Below, piece by piece: positions 10,253 to 20,408 of a stretch of 64,000 nucleotides of DNA. This DNA is from a virus. Its lineage: Duplodnaviria > Caudoviricetes. A program made the position numbers and the translations under genes. The stretch's first letter is position 1. The number at the start of each line of letters is the position of its first letter. The notes under the pieces are model-generated. The model had not been told where the DNA came from, did no database searches, and saw nothing but the letters and a program-made list of their open reading frames with translations. The stretch covers positions 64,001 to 128,000 of IMG/VR virus record IMGVR_UViG_3300037455_000173; one strand, given 5' to 3'.

Positions 10253-10828
10253 TTATGCTACTTCCTCTGCCTTTGGAGCTTCGGCTTCTGCCTCTGCCTT
10301 CTCTGGCTCGGGTCTTACCCATGCGCCCTCGTTAGTACCACCTGCGATTGCTTCGATGATGCCCTGGAAGATACCGTTTACGATTGTAACCTTATCGCCC
10401 TTAACGTCCTCGACCTTCGCGTAACGGTTGTACACGTCTGAGAATGTGCTTGCTGTGCCACGTACTGCCTTCTGCTCGGCAACGCATCTTTCGATGACTG
10501 CCTTGTCTACGTGTGCGATGAACTTGTTTGTGCCGACTGCGTCTGCTATCTGTACTGGGAGCTCTGCGGCACAACCCTTAATCTTCTTAACTGCGTCGCC
10601 CTCGTTGACTGTGAACTTGTACCAGTTGAGAGCCTTGTTGTTACCACGTGATGCTGTGAAGAGGATTACGTCCTTCGGGTAAGCGGGAGTTGCCTCTACG
10701 ATAGCCTCTACCTTTGTCTCTGCTGCCTGTGCCTTTGTGTTTGCCTTCTTAGCCATAACCTTCTCCTCCTTAGCGTTAGCCTTTGTGTTTACTGCCTGTG
10801 CGTTTGCCTTAACATTCTTCTTAGCCAT
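10253..10828 (-). CDS. MAKKNV-family early protein, paralog 2
   Basis: LFTASRGNN, RGTASTFSDVY, GAWVRPEPE. Confidence 0.8.
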   Translation of the reverse strand: MAKKNVKANAQAVNTKANAKEEKVMAKKANTKAQAAETKVEAIVEATPAYPKDVILFTASRGNNKALNWYKFTVNEGDAVKKIKGCAAELPVQIADAVGTNKFIAHVDKAVIERCVAEQKAVRGTASTFSDVYNRYAKVEDVKGDKVTIVNGIFQGIIEAIAGGTNEGAWVRPEPEKAEAEAEAPKAEEVA

Positions 10829-10930
10829 AATCTGTACCTCCTAAGTACTCTTTGGTCGTTGCCCTTGTGGGCGTTGTTTGTTTTACTGTACCTATATTAT
10901 ACAACACCTAGGTGCCATAAACGAAGTTTA

Positions 10931-11290
10931 TTATTTACCCTTAACGGGTATTGGCTCTGTGGGTTCTTCCCAGATTGGCATTCTCTTCGCCTTCTTACCT
11001 GGTCTGTACTTCTGCACCAGCGTGTCTACCATATTGTTAATAATAACGGTAGTAACACCAGCTACACGTGCCAGGGACGCCTTCGAGAAGCTATGTATGT
11101 CTATGCCATAGTCCTTCTTAATGCCCTCTGCGTTAACCTGCCAGAAATGTATCTCGGACTTAATAGTCACCCGGCATATAAGGTCACGCCAATTAGCATC
11201 ACACGCTATGGTATGTTCTGCGTACTCCAGGTCGTTCTCTTTATAAAGGTTAATAGTTAGCTCTGCTAAAGCCTGCTCCTTTTCGGTCAT
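10931..11290 (-). CDS. hypothetical early protein
   Basis: ORF, RBS, promoter. Confidence 0.7.
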   Translation of the reverse strand: MTEKEQALAELTINLYKENDLEYAEHTIACDANWRDLICRVTIKSEIHFWQVNAEGIKKDYGIDIHSFSKASLARVAGVTTVIINNMVDTLVQKYRPGKKAKRMPIWEEPTEPIPVKGK

Positions 11291-12022
11291 ACACTACACC
11301 TCCTTGTGTTTTCCGTTGTTTGTTTTACTGTACCTATATTATACAACACCTACAACTGAGATACGAAGTTTGGTAGCCACAGCATGCGAGGTTTTGCTAC
11401 GTGGTTTATATGAGGTAGTATTAGTATACTGGTATATGGTGTTGCGTTGGTTCTGCTGTGGTATGCGTGTTGCTGTGTGTTATTATTGTATATTGTATAG
11501 TGCGCATTATTAAATAATAGTAATTATAAATAACAGCTGAAAGCAAAGAACTCGAAGAGTTCGGTATATAAGGCCACGCCTTCGAGTTCTTGTTATTCTT
11601 GTGATTATAGATGAGTTTCGAGTTCGGTAGCAGAATGCTGTAGACTTGTATTGTACACCAGGCGCTCGCATGTCAGCCCTGGGTAGATGTGTCGAAGTGC
11701 AGACTCTATATAAAGCTGCCCGCAGGGCAAGTTCGAAGCTCGTGGAACAGGCGGCAGGTTCGGGGGTGTCGAAGTGAGCGAAGCGAACGGAGACGGTATT
11801 ATATGTTCAGCCCCGCAACGAAGTGCGAAGCAAGAGTGTAGGTGAGAGAAGAAAAGATAAGAACGAAGTGAATTTCTTTTCGATAGGCGAAAGCATGAAG
11901 CCGGCGAACATATAATATATTGTGAGGTAACAGTAGGTTTAGATTAAAGAATTTTACATGAATTTCTTCGGTGAATATTTAAAGTCTTATACAGAGTATA
12001 CGAAAACCGTCGAAATACCACA

Positions 12023-12145
12023 ACAAAACCCATCAGCTGGGGTCTAGTCAGCTAATGGGTTCGTTATCCCGTGTGAGTTATTAGGTTCAGACCGTATCGT
12101 GGAACAGTCGTCAAGGTTCGGGGGTAGTAGTATTTTCAACTACTG
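12023..12145 (-). ncRNA. candidate ~120-nt small RNA
   Basis: Lies between a canonical sigmaA promoter and an intrinsic terminator (AACCCATTAGCTG...CAGCTGATGGGTTTTG); no ORF. Confidence 0.5.
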
Positions 12146-12150
12146 TAATC

Positions 12151-12179
12151 ATTATAACAAGTCGATAAATGAAAGTCAA
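12151..12179 (-). promoter_or_regulatory. canonical sigmaA/sigma70 promoter TTGACT-N17-TATAAT with TG extension
   Basis: Reverse complement reads ttgact ttcatttatcgacttgt tataat. Confidence 0.75.
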
Positions 12180-12321
12180 GACAATTGCGTAAGGTTCTAC
12201 GAAATAACGAAATTTACCACTAATCGTAGTGAACTCTTGTACACCTTTTTATAATCTAATACCGCCAAAATAGACACCTTTCGGTGCCTATTTTGGTATA
12301 TAAAACTTAGGAGATAAGATG

Positions 12322-13020
12322 TTAGCTTAAGGATTCTATAATGAAACGCTTCGAGTCCTTTGGAAATCTTGCACCTGATTGTATTAATCTCCCATACTCA
12401 TCTTTGACATCACAGTAGATACACTTCGGCGATGTAGCCGTTATGATACCTGTGTAGGTGTTTGAACCGTCTCTGATGAGTATCTTATGACCACGAGCTG
12501 TACCTTGCTTTACAAGCTCGTTCAGTCTATCCCAGTACCGCTGTTCCTGTGTCCGTTCTCGTTCGAGTAACGCATCGTATTCGAGCTTCGACGGACGCTG
12601 AAAGAACGGAGCTGGTTTCATCTCCTTACCAAATACCGTTATCGGTGCTTCTTTGCTTCTGACATACTCGAGTGCCATCGCTTCGATTTCGTCGAGTACC
12701 TTTGATAAGTCCTTACCTAGCGCTCTTTGCTGTTCTGGATTCTCGTACATACCACAGAGCTTACCGATTAGATAAGCATTAAGCTTGTCAAGGTCCTTCG
12801 ATGTGTCAGGGTCGCAGTTTAAGGTGTACATAATACACGCAATGGCTGGACGATACGTCATGCCCTTGGCATACTTTGTTGCCATGATATTGAGCGTATG
12901 GTGAATGGACATAAACGCTGAAACACGTTCGATGTTCCATTCTTCATCGCGGACAAGCTTGTCCGCATCGTGAACAGTAAACGTATACCCCTTCTGGGTA
13001 ATCGTGAGAAACTTTGCCAT
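12322..13020 (-). CDS. hypothetical early protein
   Basis: 232-aa ORF, promoter, RBS. Confidence 0.8.
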   Translation of the reverse strand: MAKFLTITQKGYTFTVHDADKLVRDEEWNIERVSAFMSIHHTLNIMATKYAKGMTYRPAIACIMYTLNCDPDTSKDLDKLNAYLIGKLCGMYENPEQQRALGKDLSKVLDEIEAMALEYVRSKEAPITVFGKEMKPAPFFQRPSKLEYDALLERERTQEQRYWDRLNELVKQGTARGHKILIRDGSNTYTGIITATSPKCIYCDVKDEYGRLIQSGARFPKDSKRFIIESLS

Positions 13021-13095
13021 AAGGCACCTCCTAAGTATACAATATTGTATCTATATTATAACACTTAGAAAGTGGTGGTACCGAAGTTTCGTCTG

Positions 13096-13374
13096 TTAAT
13101 AGTCGGCATACCTGATAAGGTATTCTGCTACGGTGTCGTCAAGCTGTAGCTTTTCGAGTGCACCGATTATACCTTGAAGTAGGATAGCATCCGAGTGGTT
13201 GGTTGTGAATGACCTTAAGGTCTTCTCAGAACGATATCTTCGAACACACATAATTTCCTTGTCTGGGTGGTACCTGTGGAACTCCTCTGCTATCTCCTTG
13301 TCAGTGTCGGCATAGATAATAACGAAGTCGGCGTCACCAAGACCATAGAATACCTTCCACATTAGTTTATCCAT
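13096..13374 (-). CDS. hypothetical protein
   Basis: ORF, RBS. Confidence 0.7.
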   Translation of the reverse strand: MDKLMWKVFYGLGDADFVIIYADTDKEIAEEFHRYHPDKEIMCVRRYRSEKTLRSFTTNHSDAILLQGIIGALEKLQLDDTVAEYLIRYADY

Positions 13375-13398
13375 GGCTACCTCCTTAGGAGAGTGTGG

Positions 13399-13689
13399 TC
13401 ACTTGATAGTGACCACATTGTAAACGGATACCTTTGTGAACTGCGCTGCGAGTCTAGGATGTGCTTCTGTGAACTCCTTGACGTTGATTGTAGAGCGGGT
13501 ACGCTCGTCTACACGTACTGAGTGGGGTCCTACTACAAGCACACTTGCCTGCTCCTTGAGAGCTTCGGCTTTGAGCTTTTCCTTGAGAGCATCTGCTTCC
13601 TTGCTAAGCTCTTTTATCTGAGCCTGGAGCACCAGATACTGCTCGATGTCCTCTGTGAGTTTTATAACTCTGTTATCGTTCTCTGCCAT
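13399..13689 (-). CDS. coiled-coil protein resembling the C-terminal domain of YqaJ-type phage recombination nucleases
   Basis: IKELSKEADALKEKLK coil followed by RSTINVKEFTEAHPRLAAQFTKVS. Confidence 0.5.
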   Translation of the reverse strand: MAENDNRVIKLTEDIEQYLVLQAQIKELSKEADALKEKLKAEALKEQASVLVVGPHSVRVDERTRSTINVKEFTEAHPRLAAQFTKVSVYNVVTIK

Positions 13690-13792
13690 ATGATTACCTC
13701 CTAAGTCTTATACGTGTTACTTGTTTTACTGTATCTATATTATAACACATATAGGTGTTGTAAACGAAGTTTCAAATTCATCAGGGTACCGC

Positions 13793-14266
13793 TTATCCGC
13801 GGTACACCTGGTCGGCATGTCTTTCGATAAATGCCTTGAGCTCTTTGATGGTTTTAAGGTCGTCGTAACCCTTGTCCTCACACCAGTTCCAGTTACCGTC
13901 CTTGTCGGTGATATCCCAGTAGGTATATGCTGGTGTAAAGCTACGGTAGAGCGTAGGTCCGTCTGGACTATAGCCAGTCTCGGTCTCTTCGACTGCTGCC
14001 CACATACCGTTGGCACAGCCGGTAGCTCCAACCTTGAAGCATACGTAACCGGTATAGCCAAGGGCTATTGCTGTCGTAAGGAACTGACGCATCTCGATGA
14101 GCTTCGACTTACTAAGGTACTCAGGCCACCAGTCAAAGATGCTGAGCTCCTCGTAGACGTCGGTGATTTTGATACGCTTAAGGTACGGATGCTCTACCAT
14201 CTTCTTGATGAGAGCTTCGACACGCTCCAGCACGGGAGCGGCATTATAATTACTATACTTACCCAT
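13793..14266 (-). CDS. hypothetical early protein
   Basis: ORF, RBS, promoter. Confidence 0.75.
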   Translation of the reverse strand: MGKYSNYNAAPVLERVEALIKKMVEHPYLKRIKITDVYEELSIFDWWPEYLSKSKLIEMRQFLTTAIALGYTGYVCFKVGATGCANGMWAAVEETETGYSPDGPTLYRSFTPAYTYWDITDKDGNWNWCEDKGYDDLKTIKELKAFIERHADQVYRG

Positions 14267-14368
14267 AGGGCACCTCCTAAGTGGTTTATCGGGTTTACGT
14301 TTACTGTACCTATATTATAACATACTGTAGGTACAGCCACGAAGTTGCTGTGTAGGTGTGGCGAGGGC

Positions 14369-14731
14369 TTAATAGCCCATCGCCGTTACTACTGCGTCCG
14401 CACACTTGTCGATAAATTCGTTACCGGCAAGGTTGTAGTGCTTCTGGTATGCTCGCTGAGGGCCTTCGAGACCACAACCGTAGAACCCGTCCATACACAG
14501 GTACTTAACTTCGGAGCGAACATAGTCCTTATCGGACAGGGTGTTCTTAGCACTGATGTACTCGGGCTCGTCCTCTGCGTAGTCCCAGAGGCAGTTCTCT
14601 AACCCACCAATGAATGAGCAAGCCGCAAAGTACATATTGGTGAGTATCTCGCGCTCGCGCTCGTCGTGGCATACGAAGTCCTTTGTCCTACGCTGAGCTT
14701 CTGCGTACTCTCTAAGTCTCTGTCTATCCAT
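14369..14731 (-). CDS. hypothetical early protein
   Basis: ORF, RBS, promoter. Confidence 0.75.
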   Translation of the reverse strand: MDRQRLREYAEAQRRTKDFVCHDEREREILTNMYFAACSFIGGLENCLWDYAEDEPEYISAKNTLSDKDYVRSEVKYLCMDGFYGCGLEGPQRAYQKHYNLAGNEFIDKCADAVVTAMGY

Positions 14732-15180
14732 AACTCTACCTCCTAAGTAGTTACCCGGTTTACGTTTACTGTACCTATATTATAACATATACAGGTGTAG
14801 CATCCGAAGAAAGCTACCGCATGCTGACTATAGCGGCAGCTTCGACTTAACAAGTATAGTGTGATTATGAACTGCGTATCGCACAGCGGGACGTGGTTAT
14901 ACAGTATTAAAAACAGTACAGCACACCATGATGCTGGTGTTATGCTACAGCAAAACCATGGTTTACATACTTATTAATATAACTATACGTGGTTTTGAAC
15001 CACGTGGTATGCGTTAGCGTACTGTGTCGCATAAACCGCAGTTCTGGTGGGAGAGCTCACGAGCTTCGAGTTCCAATCACGAAATGTGTTATATAACATA
15101 TTTCTCAAGTAAAACTCGAATTAGTGAAACCAAAAAGCAAGAGCGAGGCTATTGCCCCGCTCCGCGTTTCGAGTTATGGT

Positions 15181-15708
15181 TTATGCTGCTGGAGTCTCGG
15201 CCTTGGGAGCTTCCTCCTTAACTTCGGGTTCTGGGCGCTCCCATGCTCCGGTTGTTTTGCCGTCCTTAATAGCTTCGAGTACTTCCTTGAAGACTGCGAG
15301 AGCTACTGGCACACGCTCACCCTTCGAGTCGGTTACCTTTGTGTAGCGTGCGTATACGTCGGACACTGTGCTAGCCATTCCGCGTATTACCTTACCCTCC
15401 TGTACGCAAGCTTCGATGATGGACTGGTCCATCCAGGACACGAACTTGTCCTGACCGAGAGCTTCGACTACTGGAGTTGGGAGTGGAGCTGCACAACCCT
15501 TGACCTTGGTTGTGGCATCTTCGGGCTTGACTTCTATCTGGTACCAGGTGAATCTTCTGTTGTTGCCACGTGATGCTGTGAACAGCAGTGTGAACTTCGG
15601 ACCCTCTGGGATTGCCTCGGTTACAGCCTGCTCCTTGGGAGCTTCGATAACCTCTACTACCTCTGTCTCTGTTGCCTGTGTGTTTACCTTAACATTCTTC
15701 TTAGCCAT
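15181..15708 (-). CDS. MAKKNV-family early protein, paralog 3
   Basis: LFTASRGNN, RGMASTVSDVYARY, GAWERPEPE. Confidence 0.8.
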   Translation of the reverse strand: MAKKNVKVNTQATETEVVEVIEAPKEQAVTEAIPEGPKFTLLFTASRGNNRRFTWYQIEVKPEDATTKVKGCAAPLPTPVVEALGQDKFVSWMDQSIIEACVQEGKVIRGMASTVSDVYARYTKVTDSKGERVPVALAVFKEVLEAIKDGKTTGAWERPEPEVKEEAPKAETPAA

Positions 15709-17079
15709 AAACGTACCTCCTAAGTACTTCCGCCCCGTGGGGCTTTGTTTTTGTTTGTTTGTTTTATTGTACCTATATTATAACATACACGTGGTGGTGA
15801 AACGAAGTTACAAAATAAGGTGGTGTTTATATTTTAAATGAACGCGCACGCGCGCGTAACACAAAAGAAGGTGGTTACCCGAAGATAAACACACCAGCTA
15901 CAGCGTTTGCTTGAGCTTCGACTTAACACTGGGTTGTTGATTTTAAATGCAACCGCACTGTGCGTTTGTTCCAGAAGTTGTGCGTTTCGGTGTGGTAGCT
16001 CGAGCTTCGAGTCCTAAAGGTCACCACGATTATGGTTTTGTAGAAGATATTCTAGAAGATAAGGGGTAGGGGTATTACAACTTCGTTTGCTTGTTAAGAT
16101 AAAATGTTACAATTATATTAACAAAAACAACTTCGTGAATACCGTTACGAGTGGAAGTTCTGGAAGGTCCTTGTGTCCGAATTTTCGGTAGGGCTTCGGT
16201 TAGGTGAAAGGTGGTGGAGTAGATTGGTTCAGCACTTTGGTAAGGTAGCTTGGCAGGACGTAGCAAGAAAACGAATATCTTTGCCTGATTCCTGTGCTAA
16301 AAGCGTTGTGCTACCAACCTGGGTCCCTGATACCTGTGCTATGGGTCCTGATATCTGGGTTAGAACCCTGAATCTGGAGCCTAGATACCTGGTACCGGTT
16401 GTAACTCTATCGAACTCCGATATCTGGTACCTACCGTACCGTGCTAAGGACACCGGCATACCGGTGTTTTGTTTTTGGTATACGGTATACACCAGCAATA
16501 CGGTCAATACCATTGGAATAGAACATTGGAATTGCCCGGATTGTTCGTTAGAATGTATAGAAATCACCGTTCGGGAGTGGTGGTTTATCGTTACCCGCAA
16601 GATGAGAAAATGTGGAATTGAATTCCTAAGGCGCAACGACGCGAAATTGAAAACCATAACAACGGTGGCGCAATCCATAGTGAACTCTTGGTTTGCTAGT
16701 CTAGTAATTTCTCACAAATAGCTGAGTAGACCACCGTTACCGTGGTGTGCTGTGAACACTGATTCCTATGATTTTAGCTAATTCTATATGACATTGGTCG
16801 TTCACGACCTCCGTCAGGTTGATACTACCTATTCTTGGTGGAAAGCGGGCGGTTTCCGTAGTGAACTCTTGAACACTAATTCTGAGTATTATAACCTTAG
16901 TTAAGGTGTGTCTACGATTTCTAGGGTATGCCCTGACTTCCAACCGTTTTTAGCTATTAGTCAGAGCTCTGCATTTTCCTCTTTACATATACAATCATGT
17001 CTGCATTTTTGGATATAAAAGAACCCACCATGACAACGGTGTCAACGGTGGGTTTCGATTATTCTTTGAATTTTATGGA

Positions 17080-17298
17080 TTATAGGTCACAATTCTCCTG
17101 TTTAAAATACTTTACTAAATCCTGAACGGTTAGCTCGTCATGGCAGAACCTATCTATCACTGACATCTTCAGAGAAGACGACATAAGCTTGTTAGAACAG
17201 ATTTCATGTACAACTATATAAGCTGTTGAATCTGGCATTTCAGTATAATGCTTGTTACAGAATTTTCCTTCTAAAATCTGTTTGAATTTCTTGCTCAT
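17080..17298 (-). CDS. hypothetical protein
   Basis: ORF, RBS, downstream terminator at 17016-17055. Confidence 0.6.
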   Translation of the reverse strand: MSKKFKQILEGKFCNKHYTEMPDSTAYIVVHEICSNKLMSSSLKMSVIDRFCHDELTVQDLVKYFKQENCDL

Positions 17299-17533
17299 TC
17301 TTAACTCCTAACTCTGCGAAGGTTGACTTCGCAATAGTTTAATACTTTAAATATCTGATTACTTCTTATATAAACATTCTAACGCATCACGTAGATGTAT
17401 TAACTTCCAATACCGCTTCGAGTAGTCGTGTGCGAATTCTAGTTTGATAATTTCTAAGCTGAGTATAGCAAGTAGCTCACTCAGCTTTAGTTCGATTTGT
17501 TGCAATGCTTATCACCTTTGTTGCTGTTCTTAC

Positions 17534-17845
17534 TCATACCTTTCGGTAATTCTCGTAACCGTCCAGTATGATGTCGACTGTCCTTTCTATGTCTTGATAA
17601 TCGAAGTCTACCTCGAATGTCTTACCTGCTTCGTCTGCGATAGTTAATATGTAGTCAGGATAGTCAGGGCTATAGATATTAGGTTCTGTTCTGAATGTGA
17701 GATTAAACTTCTGACCTAGAGAGACCTGATAGTTATTCGCACCTGTCTCTGTAAAGTCAGTGAACGCATCGAGTAATACACTCACTAAATCCAGACGCAT
17801 TGATACAGGTTCGTTGCTTATAACTCTTGAATTAACCTTTCCCAT
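17534..17845 (-). CDS. hypothetical protein
   Basis: Start moved to MGKVN (RBS after promoter). Confidence 0.7.
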   Translation of the reverse strand: MGKVNSRVISNEPVSMRLDLVSVLLDAFTDFTETGANNYQVSLGQKFNLTFRTEPNIYSPDYPDYILTIADEAGKTFEVDFDYQDIERTVDIILDGYENYRKV

Positions 17846-17919
17846 GCTGTACCTCCTACACATTGTTCTTATTGTATCTATATTATAACATAAATACAAC
17901 ACGCACACGAAGTTATTAA

Positions 17920-18732
17920 TTATTCCACCATCTCTGGCTCTTCATCATTGTAGTCAGCTTCTTTCGTTACCTGGCGAGCTATCTGTCTTTCGGCTACCTC
18001 TTCCTTAGACTTAAAATATCTCTTACCGGCTTCCTTCTTCTTGTTCAACCGTTCTTGATACTTCTCGTCACCTAGCTTAGCTCGTTCTGCGTCTTCCTTC
18101 TGCTTATTATACCCGAAGAATCTAGAGTCCGAGTTTCTATGTAGACTAGCTACCTGTACCTCATCTTGGTCTTCATAATAATAACCCTTTCGTCCTGGCT
18201 CATCTGGAACGAATAGCTTGATGTACAGAGCATCTCGATGTAGTGGATTCTTGCTACCCTTTATAGTCTCATCAACTGCAGCAGTATCTGGAAATAGAAC
18301 TGATAGTGGCATTCTCCATTCATAGAATACTCCATAGTCATACTTGGTTTTCTTTGCGGTTGTCTTAGCTCTCTTAGCTCCGGCAAAGTGCTGGTCTTTC
18401 ACATCTATCGATTTTACCGCCTTGATTAAATCGGAGTGGTCAATCTTTCCGTCTGGATGATTTCTATTATAATCTTGTAGTACCTGTGCGAAGTTACTTT
18501 CAGCTTCCTTACCGTCTTTCAAACAGTCGAACCTGAACAGCGACGCTGGTGCTGCTTTCACATAATCCATCAGTTTTTGTAATTCCTCAGGCTTAGGGTA
18601 ATACCTAATCTTCTTGTCAACTCCAGGACCTAGATTAGCACAGTTCAATTTCAACTGCTCTGCTAAGTACCTAGGTATATTAATTGAACAGCATAGAATT
18701 ATCGGTTCTGATTTAAGCTGTACCTTTAGCAT
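17920..18732 (-). CDS. basic hypothetical protein
   Basis: 270-aa ORF, strong RBS. Confidence 0.8.
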   Translation of the reverse strand: MLKVQLKSEPIILCCSINIPRYLAEQLKLNCANLGPGVDKKIRYYPKPEELQKLMDYVKAAPASLFRFDCLKDGKEAESNFAQVLQDYNRNHPDGKIDHSDLIKAVKSIDVKDQHFAGAKRAKTTAKKTKYDYGVFYEWRMPLSVLFPDTAAVDETIKGSKNPLHRDALYIKLFVPDEPGRKGYYYEDQDEVQVASLHRNSDSRFFGYNKQKEDAERAKLGDEKYQERLNKKKEAGKRYFKSKEEVAERQIARQVTKEADYNDEEPEMVE

Positions 18733-18942
18733 GTCATTTCCTCCTCCTTGTGTGCTTAACTGCTACACATTATAATTATACAATATACATCACGTACAGC
18801 AGCAGTTACGCACGCTAACGTGTGCTTACAGAGTATACAACTCCTATATAACTAATTATACTATGAGAAATGAACACGGTATACCACCAAGCAGCTAACG
18901 CACAGCAGTATACCGTTTCTTACTATATTTACAACACCTATA

Positions 18943-19200
18943 TTAAGCACAACCAGCTGGCTTAATCGTATAGAGTGAAAGTACCTCTCTACCTTGCTGG
19001 TCAACGACGATGCATTTATACCAGGTGTCTGCCCAGAGCTCTGGTTGATTCTCCTTAACTACCTTATCGAACACTTCTTTCTGGAAGCACTCCTGTTCGT
19101 TCGGGTTAACCTCTACTTCTACTTCCACCTCAGTTAAAAACTCATCGTCTTCCTTGTGGTGTTGCTTAAAGTACCTAAGTGTATATGGTAACACTACCAT
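18943..19200 (-). CDS. hypothetical protein
   Basis: ORF, RBS; EVEVEVNP...DTW resembles the next gene. Confidence 0.65.
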   Translation of the reverse strand: MVVLPYTLRYFKQHHKEDDEFLTEVEVEVEVNPNEQECFQKEVFDKVVKENQPELWADTWYKCIVVDQQGREVLSLYTIKPAGCA

Positions 19201-19211
19201 CTTGCCACCTC

Positions 19212-19433
19212 CTATCTATAATACCTAGGATTAAAGTATGTATAGACACATTTTCCATTTTCATCATGTACATTAGCTATCCGCCATGTATCGTCTACCG
19301 AGTCATTGATGTTATCCAGAACTGCTGTATCGATTAATTCAGGTTGCATCGATATTGGTAGGTAAGGATTTACTTCTAAATCTACCTCAGCTACTCCTCG
19401 TGGGTGATAGACTATTGTATAATGCCTTCTCAT
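19212..19433 (-). CDS. hypothetical protein (paralog of 18943)
   Basis: Start at MRRHY; EVDLEVNP...DDTW. Confidence 0.6.
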   Translation of the reverse strand: MRRHYTIVYHPRGVAEVDLEVNPYLPISMQPELIDTAVLDNINDSVDDTWRIANVHDENGKCVYTYFNPRYYR

Positions 19434-19990
19434 TTCATCTGGATGAAAGTAGCTGACTCGTCTGCTACATGAATTAGCCAAGCCAGTGGGTTAACCTTAA
19501 ACACCTGACTAATTTCCTGAACCTTACCTTCTTCCCAGGTAGACATATGACAATTGATAGCTGCCGCTTCAGTGTCGGTTAGTGTGATATATCTGCTAGC
19601 TAAGAATACTGACTTGCTACCGTGTCCTCCAAACTTATAGGACTCGTTATGCTCATAAGCCAGATACTTCTCCCACTGACCGAATTCATTCTTTCTAAAC
19701 TTCTCAACCTGGGTGTATGTATAAATCTTACACAGGTCATGCAGCAGTGCTACGATAGTTCTAGACTGCTCTGCTATATCTAGCTCTGGGTATGCACTAT
19801 ATAGCCTTTCAAGCTCGTCGTATACAGCTAAGCTATGGTCTACAAGACCGCCTTCATATGCACAATGATACTTAGAACTTGCCGGTGCGACAAACCAATC
19901 TGAATGCTCTAAGGCATCGATTAATGCTTCTACTCCATTTCTCTGTGTGCTTAGCAATAGTCGAATAAATCTTTCTTTAGGTGTTTCCAT
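19430..19990 (-). CDS. HD-domain phosphohydrolase
   Basis: APAS..YH...GGLVDHS, ALLHDLCK, GHG..S, AINCHM, IHVAD. Confidence 0.85.
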   Translation of the reverse strand: METPKERFIRLLLSTQRNGVEALIDALEHSDWFVAPASSKYHCAYEGGLVDHSLAVYDELERLYSAYPELDIAEQSRTIVALLHDLCKIYTYTQVEKFRKNEFGQWEKYLAYEHNESYKFGGHGSKSVFLASRYITLTDTEAAAINCHMSTWEEGKVQEISQVFKVNPLAWLIHVADESATFIQMK

Positions 19991-20408
19991 CTTTAATTTC
20001 CTTTCTAAGTTTCATCAAGAGTTTACCTAATCGGTTTCTACCTTCACCATTAACAGTACCCCAGTAGGTATCTCCATGATGATTACCTTCTATTAGTTCA
20101 CTGTCACCAGTAGCCAAGAGTTTAGTTCTATAGCCAAAAGTATCGTCTTTGAACTTCTGCTGTAGAAGTTCATACATGATATTTTCCTTAACAGATTCCC
20201 AGTCTGACCTGAGTTTGAGTTTACGACCTGCTCGCTTAGCTTCAGATGGAGTGTATCTGGCTATACGCCTTCTAAGTTCTATATCATGTGTCTTAGCGGC
20301 TTGGAACGCAGCTTCAACAGAAGTGAATAGTACTCCTTCGTACTCTAGCATTGTGGGTGCAAAGTTCGAAAGGAATTCATACTCTCCTCTAAATCTATCT
20401 ATCTGCAT
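19977..20408 (-). CDS. NADAR family (YbiA-like) protein
   Basis: FLSNF, SVEAAFQAAK, AKRAGR, LRSDW, LLATGDSELIEG, YWG...GRNRLGKLLMKLR. Confidence 0.9.
   Translation of the reverse strand: MQIDRFRGEYEFLSNFAPTMLEYEGVLFTSVEAAFQAAKTHDIELRRRIARYTPSEAKRAGRKLKLRSDWESVKENIMYELLQQKFKDDTFGYRTKLLATGDSELIEGNHHGDTYWGTVNGEGRNRLGKLLMKLRKEIKDGNT

Noticed and set aside
837-15809. Regularly recurring ~45-bp repeat resembling a CRISPR or integron attC array
   Set aside because: Spacing is irregular (hundreds to thousands of bp), each copy has -10 geometry and precedes an RBS, and no cas or integrase gene is present. It is better explained as a promoter.
16173-16943. ORFs 16173-16721 (+), 16229-16678 (-) and 16737-16943 (-)
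   Set aside because: No RBS, atypical composition, and they overlap DNA repeats; treated as non-coding.
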